Of a stretch of DNA of 64,000 bases, positions 32,929-48,933 are shown piece by piece. Origin of the DNA: the human T2T-CHM13v2.0 reference genome, Homo sapiens. The stretch is from NCBI RefSeq assembly GCF_009914755.1, contig NC_060937.1, one strand, 5' to 3'. A model generated the notes under the pieces. It was not told the origin of the DNA and did not search any database. It saw only the letters and a program-made list of their open reading frames with translations. How positions within the stretch are numbered: position 1 is the first letter of the stretch; each line of letters opens with the position of its first letter. The translations under genes and the position numbers were made by a program.

Positions 32929-34025
32929 TTACTGTATATTTACTATTTTTAAGAGATATACAAACTATGAACCAAAAACTGGAAAGCCTTAATACAGAAG
33001 CAAAAACAGAAAGCATTAAATAAGTGGCTTTAATTGTGAATATTAAATCTCTTTTTTGATCCCTGTCATAAAACCCACATTTTGTTTTCTGCTGCTCTGA
33101 CAGTACACAATGATTACTGCACTGTGTGTATTTATTTGTCAGCTACACTATGATATAAAATGATTTTGAGGGGAGAAAAAGTCACACTGAGTCTGACATA
33201 AACATACCGTGGCAAAACAAATTTTCCTGCAAATATAAGCAGTTTTACAGTCTATCAAAGTGGTGCCAAAAAGTAGATTTATTCGCATTAAGTGCTGACA
33301 GGAACGAAACATTTCTGCAGTAAATAAAGTACATTGTAACCCAATCGTCAAATCAATAAAGTCATTAAAAATAGACTGCATTCTTCAAGGAAATGGTGAG
33401 TTTAAGGGGGAAAAAGAAAAATCTTTGGTTGCGATGGAGAATGTATCTCCAAACACAGCTGACAATTACCAATTTGAACTGACTCTTCTCCCGTGTGCCT
33501 ACAAAGAAACATCTTTGGGTCCCTTATCTTTTTTCATGTGTATTTAGCCATGTAAACTGCTATATGGCATTTCCGGCTTCCCCACAGGCATCCTAGAAAT
33601 ACGAACAAGAAAATGCTTTTTTTTCTCCTTCTTCTTCTTTTTCTAGGCTCCAAACTGACAGAATATTATCACTTTTGTAGACTCTTGCAAATCTGTGCAG
33701 TGGTGTTGGGCAGAAATGTGCTGAGATTATAATATCCATTTATCTAAACTGCCAGCATGTAACAAAACTCAGGTGGGGTGCGTGCCACCTAAATTAATTT
33801 ACTACTTGAAAAAGACTTCTTATGCCAAGCCTGTCAAAAGGCAAACAGGAAAGGAGTTAAGAAACTGTAAATAAATCTAAACACAGTTTGTGTTTGATCT
33901 AATTTTCAAGTGTAGGATTAAAAAAAGGGGAAGCATGCCAAGGAAAGGCGACAAGAGGGGACGCACAACAAAAACCCGCACAGGCTCCATCACATGGGCG
34001 CCTTGTTTTCAGGGAAGAGTTGCCC

Positions 34026-34330
34026 AGCCAGGCGCAGTGGCTCACGCCTGTAATCCTAACACTTTTGGAGGCTGAGGTGGGCAGATCACCTGAGGTCAGG
34101 AATTTGAGAGCAGCCTGGCCAACATGGTGAAACCCCGTCTCTACTAAAAATATAAAAAATTAGCTGGGCTTGGTGGTGCACGACTATAATCCCAGCTATT
34201 CGGGAGGCTGAGGCAGAAGAATTGCCTGAACCCCAGAGGCGGAGGCTACAGTGAGCCGAGATCGCACCACTGCACTCCTGCCTGGGCAACAGAGCAAGAC
34301 TGTCTCAAAAAAAAAGAAGAGAAAAGAAAA
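34026..34330 (+). mobile_element. Alu (S-type)
   Basis: Full dimer, TSD aagagttgccca. Confidence 0.95.
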
Positions 34331-34771
34331 AGAGTTGCCCAAAGATGTCAGGCGACCTGGCACTCCCCACAATTAACAACTCAAAGCTGCCTTGTAGGAT
34401 TCATTGATTTAAGAAAATAAAGGAAGTCACTACCTTACACCCAGGAGCATGGCTACTATCATAAAACCAGAAAATACCAAGTGTTGGCAGGGATGTGAAG
34501 GAATTAGAATTCTTGTATATAGTTGGGGGATCATAAAAATGGTCCAGGTGCAATGAAAAAAAAAATATGACAGGTCCCCAAATTATGAAACACACAATTA
34601 CCGCATGATCCAGCAATTCCACCTCTACATATATACACAACAGAAGAGACTACGGGGGTCTAAAAGAGATATGCGCACACTCATGTTCACAGCAGCACTA
34701 TGCACAATAGTCAAAGGGCAGAAGCAACCCAAGACATCAATAACAAATGAATGGATAAACGAAAGATGGTA

Positions 34772-35384
<613 letters not shown>

Positions 35385-35763
35385 TATATACACACCATGC
35401 AATATTATTCAGCTTTAAGATGGAAGGAGATTCTGGGCCATTCTACAACATAGATGAACCATAAGGACATTACACGAAATAAAATAAGCCTCTCAGAAAA
35501 GGAAAAAGACTGTTTGATTCCAGTTATGTCCAGCATGTAGAACAGTCAAACTCAGAGACAGAAAGTAGAAGGGTGAATGCCAGGGGGTGGAGAGAAGGGG
35601 TGGTGGGGAGTTAGTGTTTAATGGGTCCTGGGTTTCAGTTTGGGAAGATGGATAAGTTCAGGAGATGGAGGATGGTGACAGCTGCACAATAATGCAAATG
35701 TACTTAACGTCACCAAACTATATAGAGTACTTAAAATGATTAACATGGCAAATCTTACGTTAG

Positions 35764-36094
<331 letters not shown>

Positions 36095-37160
36095 CTAAAA
36101 ACATTTTTTTAAAAAAACTTTCCAGCCATCCTTCTCTCAGCATCCAGTCTATCCATCACATGCATCCATTCCTGGAGACACCATCAGAGCATTCAGCTCG
36201 ACGTGGACACTCAGCACCCAATTTGCCTGGGTCACAGAGGAGGTACCTGCTGTGGTAGCCCCTCTGTCACCAACTGGTGAGAGAGATGAGACAGTAACAG
36301 CACTTCTGGAGACCAGAGTCCCCTCCCACCTCCAACAAAGGAGAACTCTCCTTGTAGGATAAGGAGAGCAAAGCGAAGAACAACAACAGCGACATCTGAG
36401 GGGAGGAATGGCAAAGGAAGAGCCTGCCTGTGGTGGCAGAGAAGGGTGCTGAAGGGACACAAGAGCCACCTTATGCAGAGAAGAAAAGGAGAATGAAGAG
36501 GATGTGGGTAAGCATTTTACTCTGCAAAGCATTGGGTGACCCTTAGAAAACGCCATAGCAATTGACCTTTCTGAAAAATATTTTACACAATCAATATTCT
36601 TGATCCCCACTTTCCTGCCCAAGCCAAACACGTTCAGGTTAAGATGTAAATGATGAATATGAATGAAATGCCACCCCACTGGGTGACATGGCTAAGTCAA
36701 CACAATGATATTCACTAAAGCCTTCCATGCGCTACAATTTCAAGAGGAGCCCATCAGAAGCTGATTGTTCCTAGGTCAGTTACCAATGCTCAGATGCATG
36801 AATAATGGTCATTCAGAGGCAGTAACCATCCTAGCCCTCTGTGAGCTTGTATACACTGAGAACCGAAGGCCAAAAGGAGGAGGGGGAAATGCCAAAAAAT
36901 ATATATGTTATTTTTTAAAAAGAGAGGATAGAGGATCTAAATGGAAGAAGACAGTGACGTACAAACATTCTCTATACTTCCAGGGGATGTGTTTCTAGCA
37001 ATGAAAAGTAAAGATAAATACATAACGGGATCAAGGGAAGTGGAGAAGGGCGAGTCTTGAGTTTAAAGAAGGAAAATGCTGCAGACTATTCTAGAAAAGT
37101 GTTCTAAGAATATGTAGTGAAGGAAATGTGATCCCAGGAGCCATTTAAATGAAAACAAGA

Positions 37161-37427
<267 letters not shown>

Positions 37428-38096
37428 GGACAAGAGCCATAGAGAAGGAAATGATGCTCAGGGGAAGTGGGGGTCCTGGGAGGTGGGAAGAGGAGTGCAA
37501 GAGGGCAGTACCAAATGCCCAGAGGATCACCAAGCAGCGATGACACCCAGGAGCTTGGGGCCTCACTTTCAGGGTATCTGCAACTGATCTGATTAAGTCT
37601 GAACTTGGGGGGAAAAACAGACCCTAAATTACTAGTCTAGTGTAGAGTCTCCTGTCCACAGAGGTTCATGCCATGGAAGACAGCAAGTGACATCTGTTTT
37701 AATTTATATTTTCATAAGGCAGTAAGGAAAATAATTAGCTTAATTATTGTCTCCCTTACGCAAAAGCTATTTGAAAATCTCTGGATAAGCCTTGATGGTG
37801 GGTAGGAGAGACCAAATCAGAGACTCACAATTCATTCACTATTTCATCTACCATTTAGCTATCTGCAAGAGACACCAGCACGAGCTTGAGAATCCCACCA
37901 TTTTAAATGGTTTCTAGTTTTGCTCATATTTAATTTAGACTCGTAAAAGTGAATAATGATATCAAAATCAGAAAAAGTTACAGAGGCATAAAAATTGTAA
38001 TTTTGCAAACTCAACTAAAGTTTTCCGTGAAACTAAAGTTTTCAGTGAACACTCTACATTTCACGATCAGGTAAAATATAATAATGTCCATAATTC

Positions 38097-38394
<298 letters not shown>

Positions 38395-38839
38395 CATAAT
38401 TCCTATATTAAAGATGTTGCTCACATTCTAAACACCCATATTAATAAGAGAAAATATTTTGACAAATATTCTCAGTTTGACTTTTCACTTATGTAATTTA
38501 AATCATTAGGCATAAAAACTACCTACTGTATGTAATTGTAGGAGATATGTTTGTAAATAGCAACATGAAACTATTACTTATCTCATAAACTATAGAAATA
38601 TTATTTTAAAAATACACCACAGCTAGTCATTAGGACTGAAAGAATTCCAGTTTCAATCTCTAGTTAAATTTCAATCTAGGTTTTAAACTACATCTAGCAA
38701 AATTAAAACACAGTTTTTAAAAATGTTAGCAAATCATGATTTTTTGGATATAATTTAATATAAAATTAAGTAGAACAGTAATTAATGTTATTAATATTTA
38801 AGGGACAGCAAGGCTTTCATTGTGGGGAAAGATCTCAAA

Positions 38840-39135
38840 TTTATTTTTATTTTATTTATTTAGTGTTTTGAGACGGGGGTTTTCACTCCCGTCTCAAAAA
38901 GTGAGTATAGTGGTGCAATCTCGGCTCACTGCAACCTCCGTCTTCTGGGCTTAGCCTCCCAAGTAGCTGGGACTACAGGCATGCACCACCACGCCTGGGT
39001 AATTTTTGTACTTTTTGAAGAGACAGTGTCTCACTATGTTACCCAGGCTGGTCTCAAACTCCTGACCTCAAGTGATCCACCCACCTTGGCCTCCCAAAGT
39101 GCTAAGATTACAGGCGTGAGCCACCGTACCCGGCC
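38840..39135 (-). mobile_element. Alu with internal rearrangement
   Basis: Antisense dimer, TSD agatctcaa. Confidence 0.92.
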
Positions 39136-41222
39136 AGATCTCAACTTTGAAAAAAGAAAGAGAAGCATCTGGGTAACTTTGGTTTGGACTGACAGTAGCC
39201 TTTCTGAGGGTATTCCCAGCATGAACTAGTAGTGACAGGAGCCTAAGTTATACTCTTAAAGTTACGGATGAATTCCACAAAGGAGATCCAGTCTCAAATG
39301 GAAGCCAAAAGGTTCCTCTACAAATAGCATGCTAACTCGGAAAGACAGGAAATTCCACAGCCACACATCAATTCTCCTAGTTTGAGTGGAACTCCTTTCT
39401 ACTCTCTCACCTAAGGGTGGTGGACACGCTGGGGAAGGACGGGGTGGAGAATCAAACACCTGATGATGCAACAAGTCCCTAGGAAGTGCCTGGGAACATG
39501 CCTGCCGAACGCCCAGCCTGCCCAGGCGCACACGGCTCGCCACTGCCAGCATGTGCTGCTATCTCAAAAAGGTTCCCACATTCATCACATTCGTGCAGAA
39601 AGCACAGCATACTTCTTGACACCCAGAGTTGGGCCAGGGATAGAGTAGCAGGTTTATGCAACATTTTACTTTACATGGTTTGCTCTGCAGAGAACTCTGG
39701 CAAATCACAGATGGTAGGCATAAAGGTAGATAGGGCCAGGTTCTTTTCAAGGTTGTCACTTCACACACCTATCTGCTCTGTCCCCTACCGGATCCACCCC
39801 AGCTCCCAGCCAGAAGAGAAGATCTGCAACAAGCAGTGGAAGTAGGAAAATGTCTATTGGCCGCTTTCATAACACTTTCCAATGATGGACTAAGCCAGAT
39901 CACTGGTCTTTAAAACACTCAAGTAAGAGCTCTCACCAGGAAGGCCACGTGTATTGAGACTTTCTTACTCAGAGCACAACATCTATGCTTTGTCCTGCTC
40001 CAGCTCACAGGCCTCAGCTGCTACAGGCACTTCCCTTTCAGAGATATTAGTCACAGTGGCATTAATTTGTCACTACAAAAAAGTCTTGCTGTTTCCCATT
40101 TAGATGGTAGATACTGCATATTTTGAAAATAATATAGAAAATGAAACCCATATTTTTAATGGACAGTCTAAAATTCTACATGGTAGAATATTTAAGGGGG
40201 GGTAAAATCGTTAACTCCCATATTTTAAAGGAAGAAATAATGAAAACAAAAATAAAATGTGGAAATACAGGAAATGGGAGAGGCACCTGCGGGTCAAATG
40301 CAGCCCCACAGGAAGCTTTCCTGGTGGTGTCCCTCATTCGAAAGATGGGGGGGAACTCCAATTTGCACGGGTTCTTCAGGCCCCATCCAGAACACTCCTT
40401 AAAGCACGATGTGGACAGGAAGAGTGCTTATTTGGTTGTTTTAATATAAATCATTTTAGAGACTGGCCCAAATGTTGCAAAGGGTTCACAAGACACAGGT
40501 CTTTGATCTCTGTGGCTTTGCCATGTATGTTTTTAACATTGCTGGAATGCACCCAGGGAGGCAAACTGTTTGACAGAGAACACTATAAATATCTGAATAA
40601 ATAAATACATACAGACATCTGGAACCCTGATTAAGCAGCAAAGTTTTATTTTCTTTGGGGAAAGTGGGCGGTGGGGCGGGGGGAACCAATACTGAACAGC
40701 ATTTTTATTTTTACAGAAAAAGGACCAATTCTTTCCCTAAGATAAAGCCCTTAGAGTACTAATGAAACTTTTAGAAGCTCAAGTCTCCAAGTCTGTTGCT
40801 GCCTTTCCACACACAAGCACGTTACACTTTACCAATTAAAACTTTACTGCAATTCCACTTTTTAAATGACCAGTGGTAAATGAATATTTATGAAATATTG
40901 GTCATTATTTATAAGAAAATAAACCCAGGAAATATACTAATTTGCCCTGGAGTTCCAAACTAAATGTGTACATGTCCTTATGCAATAATTTTCTGGATTA
41001 CAGAGATAATAAAATATGTTGGTTTACTCCTCTTTGGGAGGTGCTTGGAACAGGAACAAACAGTAAGAAGATAGACTTTGCTGCTATTATACTCAATGCA
41101 ATTAAATGAAAATCAAAGAATCAAAATGGCCACAAACAATATGGTGAAATGTGAACTAAGTGTCAGATAGTTACAAAATTTGTGACACATTAAAATAAGT
41201 TCATGTTTAAAACAAACAAACA

Positions 41223-41350
41223 GGCCAGGCACGATGGCTCATGCCTGGAATCTCAGCACTTTATGAGGCCCAGGCAGTAGGATCACCTGAGGCCAGGAGT
41301 TCAAGACCAGCCTGGGAAAAATCGTGAGATCCTGATTCTAAAAAAAAAAG
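41223..41350 (+). mobile_element. FLAM/Alu left monomer
   Basis: Single arm plus A tail. Confidence 0.88.
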
Positions 41351-41454
41351 TTTAAAAATCCAAATGAGTCCCTATTTTTACTCTTAATAGGTTCCCTGAT
41401 GAAATGGAGCTCCGGCAAGCACCGAAAGGTGACGTTATCAGGCATCCATTTTAC

Positions 41455-41875
41455 TGAAGACAAAGCCTTCCTGCTCTAGGGATAAAGTTTAAAATCCTTT
41501 ATCTGCCCTGCATGGCCCAACCTGGCCTGGGCAGGCCCTCACACCACCTGGCCTGCAATCACTCCACGCCAGCTGGGCAGCTCCTTTCCCTTACCTCCAG
41601 GGCTGCTGTAACCCCAACCACCCATCCCCATGACAGGTCCGTGAGAGATCCTTCAAGGCTCGCCCCACCTCAAATCTGGTTGGCTTGTCTCCTGTACTCC
41701 CGTGGCCCCTGGGCCTCTCCTTCCACGGAGCCAATCCCAAGCCCAGCCCTCTGCTGCTTACTGCGCATCCATCTTCCCCACAATTTTGACGACCTCTTGG
41801 CCTAGCTCCAAACACAGTGCCTAACTCAAGATAAGACTCAGTGGGTATTTCTGAGTGGATGGGTAGAAATTAAGT
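41455..41875 (+). mobile_element. L2 3' region remnant
   Basis: ggataaagtttaaaatcctt..., acagtgcctaactcaagataagactcagtgggtatttctgagtggatg. Confidence 0.55.
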
Positions 41876-44459
41876 GAAAGTTTAGAAACTGGCATTTTCT
41901 GTATTTGCTCTGTTTACAAAAGAGACATGATGGGAACATCATTATGAGAACTGAGACCAGTGTTGTGGCTGGGCAGGATTGGCCGCCCAAAGGAGGGATG
42001 AAGGAGGTCACCAAACGTTGATGTCAATCAAAGGTGGGAAAATAAATAAATACCCAGTGGTCAAATTCAAAACAAGAAGAATGTGCCAGCTTGTTCCTGT
42101 GGCAGCTGTAACCCAGAAACTTGACCCTGTTACAGAGAAGCATGAGGGCAAGCTGTGTAGGGGGTGAGCAAAACACCCACAGCCCCAGGAGCCCCTCCAG
42201 CCTTGGCACCTACACAGCCCATGCCCAATGGGGCCGTGAGTGCTCAGAAATAGCACGCATATGTATATGGTGCTACTTGGCCTCTACCTCCAGGAAGGCA
42301 GGATCTACGGACATTGTTTAAATGCAGTTTAAATCATAAGATGAGAATTCATCTTGTTCTTTGTTCTATGTTCCTTCTTTGCAGCTTCAAGATATTTAAC
42401 CATCCCAGAGTCATATTCAATGGTTCTTTCCCATGCAATTCATACCTGTATATCTCCCCAAATTGACAGCTGTCCTGGGGGAAAAAATTTAAAAAAGCAA
42501 CAACAAACTCCAGTGCTAAAAGTCTGGGTGGTTAGTCAAACCTGTACCAATATGTGCTTCCATAATTGCCAGAACATCCCTTGGCACGAAGCTGGCAACC
42601 ATGCAGATGGAAGGCTTCCCACTGATTCCATGCTGACCTCCTGATCTCTAGTTCTGGTTCTGATCTGGTCTAGGATCCACTGCCAAAGTCAGATTCTGTG
42701 TGTTGCCTTGACCATCTCCAGGCCTCATCTCTCCTTACTCTTGGACAGATCCACTTACTCAGTCTTACCTTCAGTTCTGCTTCTTCCAAAAGTCTCCTCA
42801 CTCATGATGTCAACCACTGAAAACCTGAAGTTTCAGCGCTAGCCCAGGGCACTCCCACCACCCACCATAACTGGTACACCTACGGGGCTCTACGTTTCCT
42901 CAACTCTGGGGACTATCCCCAGTCTCTGTATTCCTTAGAGAGAAGAGCACTTCATGGACTCGGCATAGCATCTAAAGGAAAGGCAACAAAGACAGCCAAA
43001 CAGGCTACAGATTGCCCAAGGAATTTGCAAGTGCATTAAAACCTAAAGTTTTCTCCAGACACAAATAAAATGGACAGCAAACCATCCTATTAATTCAAGC
43101 CACCAAAAACTGTACCAGGGTAGTGGCCCTAAGAATCAATATGGATATCTTTACAGATAGTTAAAAAGATATCAACAGAATAATTGCCTTTTATGCATTC
43201 TCTTAGCACAAAAATCTGGGAACTAAGAAGAGAGGAGAAATTTCTGTATAAGGAGAAAAGAGTTTCAAATCTATAAGGAAATCATTTAGTTGAACTTTAA
43301 AGGAAAAAAAAAGAAAACATCAGAAATTCTTTACTTGCAGGATCTGCAATAGTGTCTGTCAATCATTCTTGGGAAAACCCAGCTGACACGTTTGCAGTTA
43401 TATTCTTGGCCTAGTATCTATCGATTTCTATGGCTAATTTTTTCATACTAGTTCTTCCCCTTTTTCCTCCAAATCCATATTCTGCCCGACATTTTCCATC
43501 ACTCACAGGTTATGTCTGCTATTGTAACCTACAGGAACAAATATTCATCTCCTAAGAGCTATATTGCACAAGCTTTTCATGCCTATTATGGGAAAATCAG
43601 GCTTCTGCACGACATCAAAGTCCTTGCAGACCATGACCTTAACTGTGTTCTCACCAGCATTCAAAACCTGGTTGCATTAAATAATACTGGTGGAGGCTCA
43701 TAATGAAATAAAACCACTACAGGATCCCAATCTCTCGGGCAGTCATAGACTCTGCATCCCTCAGATGAAAAGTCGTGTTGCTCATCACTGAAAGGTTTCC
43801 TTACAGCTGAACAGATCTACTAGTTACAAATCTGAAATTGCAAATATTTTCACCAGAAAGGAGTAAAAGAGCTTTAATCCTCTGACATTACAAGTCGGAG
43901 GCAAAGGCAACAGCCAGCACAGGCTGAAGGGGTCAAGATATCAAATGTCATGAGATGTAATCAAAACGTTAAATGTTCTTAGACTGTTTAGGTCGATTTA
44001 CTTTTCACTGAGTTTCACTTTGTTTCTCTTTTTGTCTAGATGCATTATTTATCATCCGGGTGTTTTTGCCCAAAATTTGTCCTCAAACTCAGCAAAGAAA
44101 ACGAAAAGCTTCAAAAGTCAAAGAATTTAAGAATCCTCTGAGGTGCAGTATAAAAGCAGAGAACAAAGAATGTACCATAAATATAAAGCTCCACATGTAA
44201 TCTCTCTGACTAAGTTGCAGCTTACACAAGGTGGGGGGTGGGGGGTATCAATGAAGTTTTTAATAAACCTTAACATATCTTAGCCCATTTTTGAAAAGAA
44301 CCTTAGAAGTGAGACTGAGGGGAAATGGTAAAAATACCATAGTTATTCTACTTTGGGCCAAAAAAAGAGAAGCTAATCCAATCATCCAAGGAGCCAGTTG
44401 CTCCCTCAACAGAAAATGGCTGTGTTATTCAGTAAACCTATTTGTGTGTATTGACTCTT

Positions 44460-44581
44460 TCGTAAGAGACGGGGTCTTACGATGCTGACCAGGCTGGCCT
44501 CAAACTCCTGGGCTCAAGGGATCATCCTGAACCAGTCTCCTGAGTGGCTGGGACTACAGGTGTGCACCACAGTGTCCAGCT
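44460..44581 (-). mobile_element. Alu monomer (FLAM-like)
   Basis: gagacggggtct..caggctggcctcaaactcctgggctcaag. Confidence 0.8.
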
Positions 44582-44661
44582 CTATCTTTTTCAGAGGACC
44601 ATCAATACATAAAGGAAACTGGAAACTGGTTTTCCCTGAAGCAACAGAAATAGTGATATCT

Positions 44662-45317
44662 CTGCTGGTGGGAATGTAAACTAGTACAACCACTAAGGAA
44701 GACAGTGTGGAGATTCCTTACATAACTAAAAGTAGAACTACCATTTGATCCAGCAATCCCACTACTGGGTATCTACTCAGAGGAAGTCATTACGCGAAAA
44801 AGATACTTGCATGTGCCTGTTTATAGCAGCACAATTTGCAATTGCAAAAATGTGGAACCAACCCAAATGCCCATCAACAAGTGGATAAAGAAACCGTGGA
44901 ATATAGATACGACAGAATACTACTCAGCCATAAAAAAGAATGAATTAATGGCATTTGCAGTGACCTGGATGAGACTGGAGACTATTATTATAAGTGAAGT
45001 AACTCAAGAATGGAAAACCAAACATCGTATGTTCTCAACTCATAAGTAGGAGCTAAGCTATGGGGATGCAAAGGCATAAGAATGACACAATGGACTTTAA
45101 GGACTTGAGGGGAAAGGTTGGAAAGGGGGTGAAGGATAAAAGACTACAAATATGGTGCAGTGTATCCTGCTTGGGTGAAGGGTGCACCAAAATCTCACAA
45201 ATCACCACTAAAGAACTTACTCATGTAACCAAATACCACCTGCTCCCCAATAGCCTATGGAAATAAAAAAAAAAATTTTTAAATTTAACAAAAGATCATG
45301 AGTAAACCAGAAAAAAA
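44662..45317 (+). mobile_element. 5'-truncated L1PB-type element with 16-bp TSD
   Basis: L1 ORF2 end plus 3'UTR (ggatgagactggagac, gtaaccaaataccacctg); TSD agaaatagtgatatct at 44646-44661 and 45318-45333. Confidence 0.9.
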
Positions 45318-48015
45318 AGAAATAGTGATATCTAAGGTACACACTTAAGTTTTAGAACAAAGAACAAATAGATGGCTAGAATTAGGATTAGATCTTATCA
45401 TCATACTACTTGTGAAAAGGGTATGAGTAAAAATCAGTGTCTCACTATAAAATATCAAGCCTTGTGAAGACTAAATTAGAAGATTTATGAAACGCTATTT
45501 TCCGCAAATTTCCAAATACTGTTTGACTTCTACAGCAAACAAGAAAGAAAGCAAATCTCTTAAATTACTGCCAAAAAAATATAATAATAAGAAGAAGAAA
45601 CAAGGAATAAAATGGATGATAGAAGAATCTCTGTCTTTCTCATCACCATGATTTATGGGTGGAGGAGGGCAAGTAGCTAAAAAGTGGGCCATGTACTAAA
45701 AAGCCTAGCTATATAAATAAAACAAGGCAAAGAAATTTTTCAGCTGGGGTCTCACCTGGATTGGTACATGTGTGACTCTAGGCTCACAAGCTCTGAGCCC
45801 AAGCCAGGTTTGATACTGAACCATCAACATTACTAATATGGTTTCTTCTGAGTAGACCACCAAGAGAATTCACCAATCTTTCGATTTCCCACATTTTTTC
45901 AGGCCTAGAGAACAGCTGGATGGGATTTCCACAAGCTTGAAAGGCACTTGGCTGTGGTTCTTCTAACAGGAACCTCCTGAGATGCCCCTTCTGACCATGT
46001 TATTCTGTCATTCAAAGTCTAACAATGATGAGTCCTATTAAAAGTTCAACTGCATTTCCAAAATAGCCTACATGAAATGTTCTAGATACATTTATAATTA
46101 AATCTAAAATTTATGAGAATGACCAAAGACATCTTGAAATAGTTAACAGGACTTCTAATTTGGAAGGATTTGAGAGTTTATTCTCTGTCTCCTTTCCCTC
46201 TTTCTCTCCTTTTTATTAAAATATAAATAAAAAGTTCTCCATTATCACTTTGGAGAGCTAAAAAAGGAAAAAATGTTCATACCAAAGACAGAATTATTTC
46301 CACTCCCAGTAGGACACAAATGCCAAGGAATAGCTATGGTAGCACCATTCCACAGTATCTCCTATGACACCAAACACTACAAATTTCAGAGCTAGCACTC
46401 TCCTAACATATGACCGGTTAAAAAATTATAAAAACTTGATTTAGAAAGTCATGCCAATGTACTGCTAGAAGTCTAGAAAACGTATGCCCATGATAACAGG
46501 CAAAAGTGATCATCTAGTTTGCAGAAGCAGTAACATTTACTACATAGTAAAAACTTTTTTCTCCCATTGTGGGACTAACTCATTTTCAAATGCTAAATCC
46601 TTCTGAAAATTGATAAAAGCAAGTTTATGTAACAGCTGAGTAAACATTTCAGAAGGTGAAGAAGACAGAGGTTAAAATATTTCTTAGTTTCACACATGTA
46701 ACTCAAATTGGAATTCTTATATCAACATTACACACACACATACACATTCAGACAGATAAACGCATCCATTAGATACACACTGTGACACCTGTTATTTGTG
46801 ATGGATTTTTCCAGGTCACACAAATTTGTCAAATTTTTAAACATATGATTAATAAGATATCCACATTCATTGGAAAGGAAGTACTATATTAAACGTAACT
46901 TAACCCTTATCTGAGGGGGTGAAGCATGATGATAACATAAAATATTATACTATATAGGAATGGGCGACATAACTTTAGAAAATGCCCAGGGACAAAGGCT
47001 GGAAGCATTCTCCTTGATAACCAGTAAGACAAGGAGGCCTACTCTCACTACACCTATTCAATACTGGAAGTCCTAGCCAGAACAATCAAGCAAGAAAAAG
47101 AAAGAAAAGGCAACCAAATAGGAAAAAGCAAGTCAAACTACCTCTCTTCGTAGACGACATGATTCTATACCTGGAAAACCCCATATTCTCTGCCCAACAG
47201 CTCCCAGATCTGATAAACAACTTCAGCAAAGTTACGGGATACAAAAATCAATGCATAAAATCAGTAGCATTTCTATACACCACTAACATCCAAGCTGAGA
47301 GCCAAATCAAGAATACCACGGCCACAAAAACATAAAATATTTAGGAACACAGGTAACCAAAGACGTAAAAGATCTCTACATCAAGAATTAGAAAACATGG
47401 CTGAAAAAAAATCAGAGACTACACAAACAAATGGAAATATATTCCATGCTCATGGATAGGAATATTGTCAAAATGGCCATACTGCCCAGAGCAATTTACA
47501 GATTCAATGCTCTTCCTATCAACCTACCAAAGCCATTTTTCACAGAACTAGAAAAACTATACTGAAATTCATATGGAATCAAAAAATAGCGTCCAAAGAG
47601 CCAAAGCAATCCTAAGCAAAAAGAACAGAATCTATAAGGAACTTAAGTTTACAAGCAAAAAACAAACAACTCCAGTAAAAAAAATGGGCAAAGGACAAAA
47701 ACAGTCACCAAGCATATGAAAAAAAGCTCAACATCACTAAACATCAGAGAAATGCAAATCAAAACCACAATGAGATATCATCTCACACCAGTCAGAAGAG
47801 CTATTATTAAAAAGTCAAAAAATAACAGATGCTGGTGAGGTTGCAGAGAAAAGGAACACATATATACTGTTGGAGGAAATGGAAATTCAGCCATTGTGGG
47901 AAGCAGTCTGGAGACTTCTCAAAGAACTTAAAAGAAAACTACCATCCAACCTAGCAATCCACTACTGGGTATAGACCCAAAGGAAAATAAATCATTCTAC
48001 CACAAAGACACACAT

Positions 48016-48372
<357 letters not shown>

Positions 48373-48610
48373 TCAACTTAGGTGCCCATCAATGGTGGCC
48401 TGGATAAAGAAAATGTGGTACATATACACCATGGAATACTACGCAGCCATAGAAAAGAACAAACTTATGCCCTTTGCAGCAACATGGATGGAGCTGGAAG
48501 CCATTATCCCAAGCAAATTAACAAGAAACAGAAAACCAAATATCACATGTTTTCACTTACAAACAGGAGCTAAACATTTAGTACATGTGGACTCTGAGAA
48601 GGAAACAACA

Positions 48611-48933
<323 letters not shown>

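Noticed and set aside
36149-36679. 176-aa minus-strand ORF in unique sequence
   Set aside because: Non-ATG start, no domain similarity, and no convincing exon boundaries in frame with ABCC4.
40657-40683. G-quadruplex/GC-box motif
   Set aside because: Single isolated motif with no CpG island or promoter context; common in human DNA.
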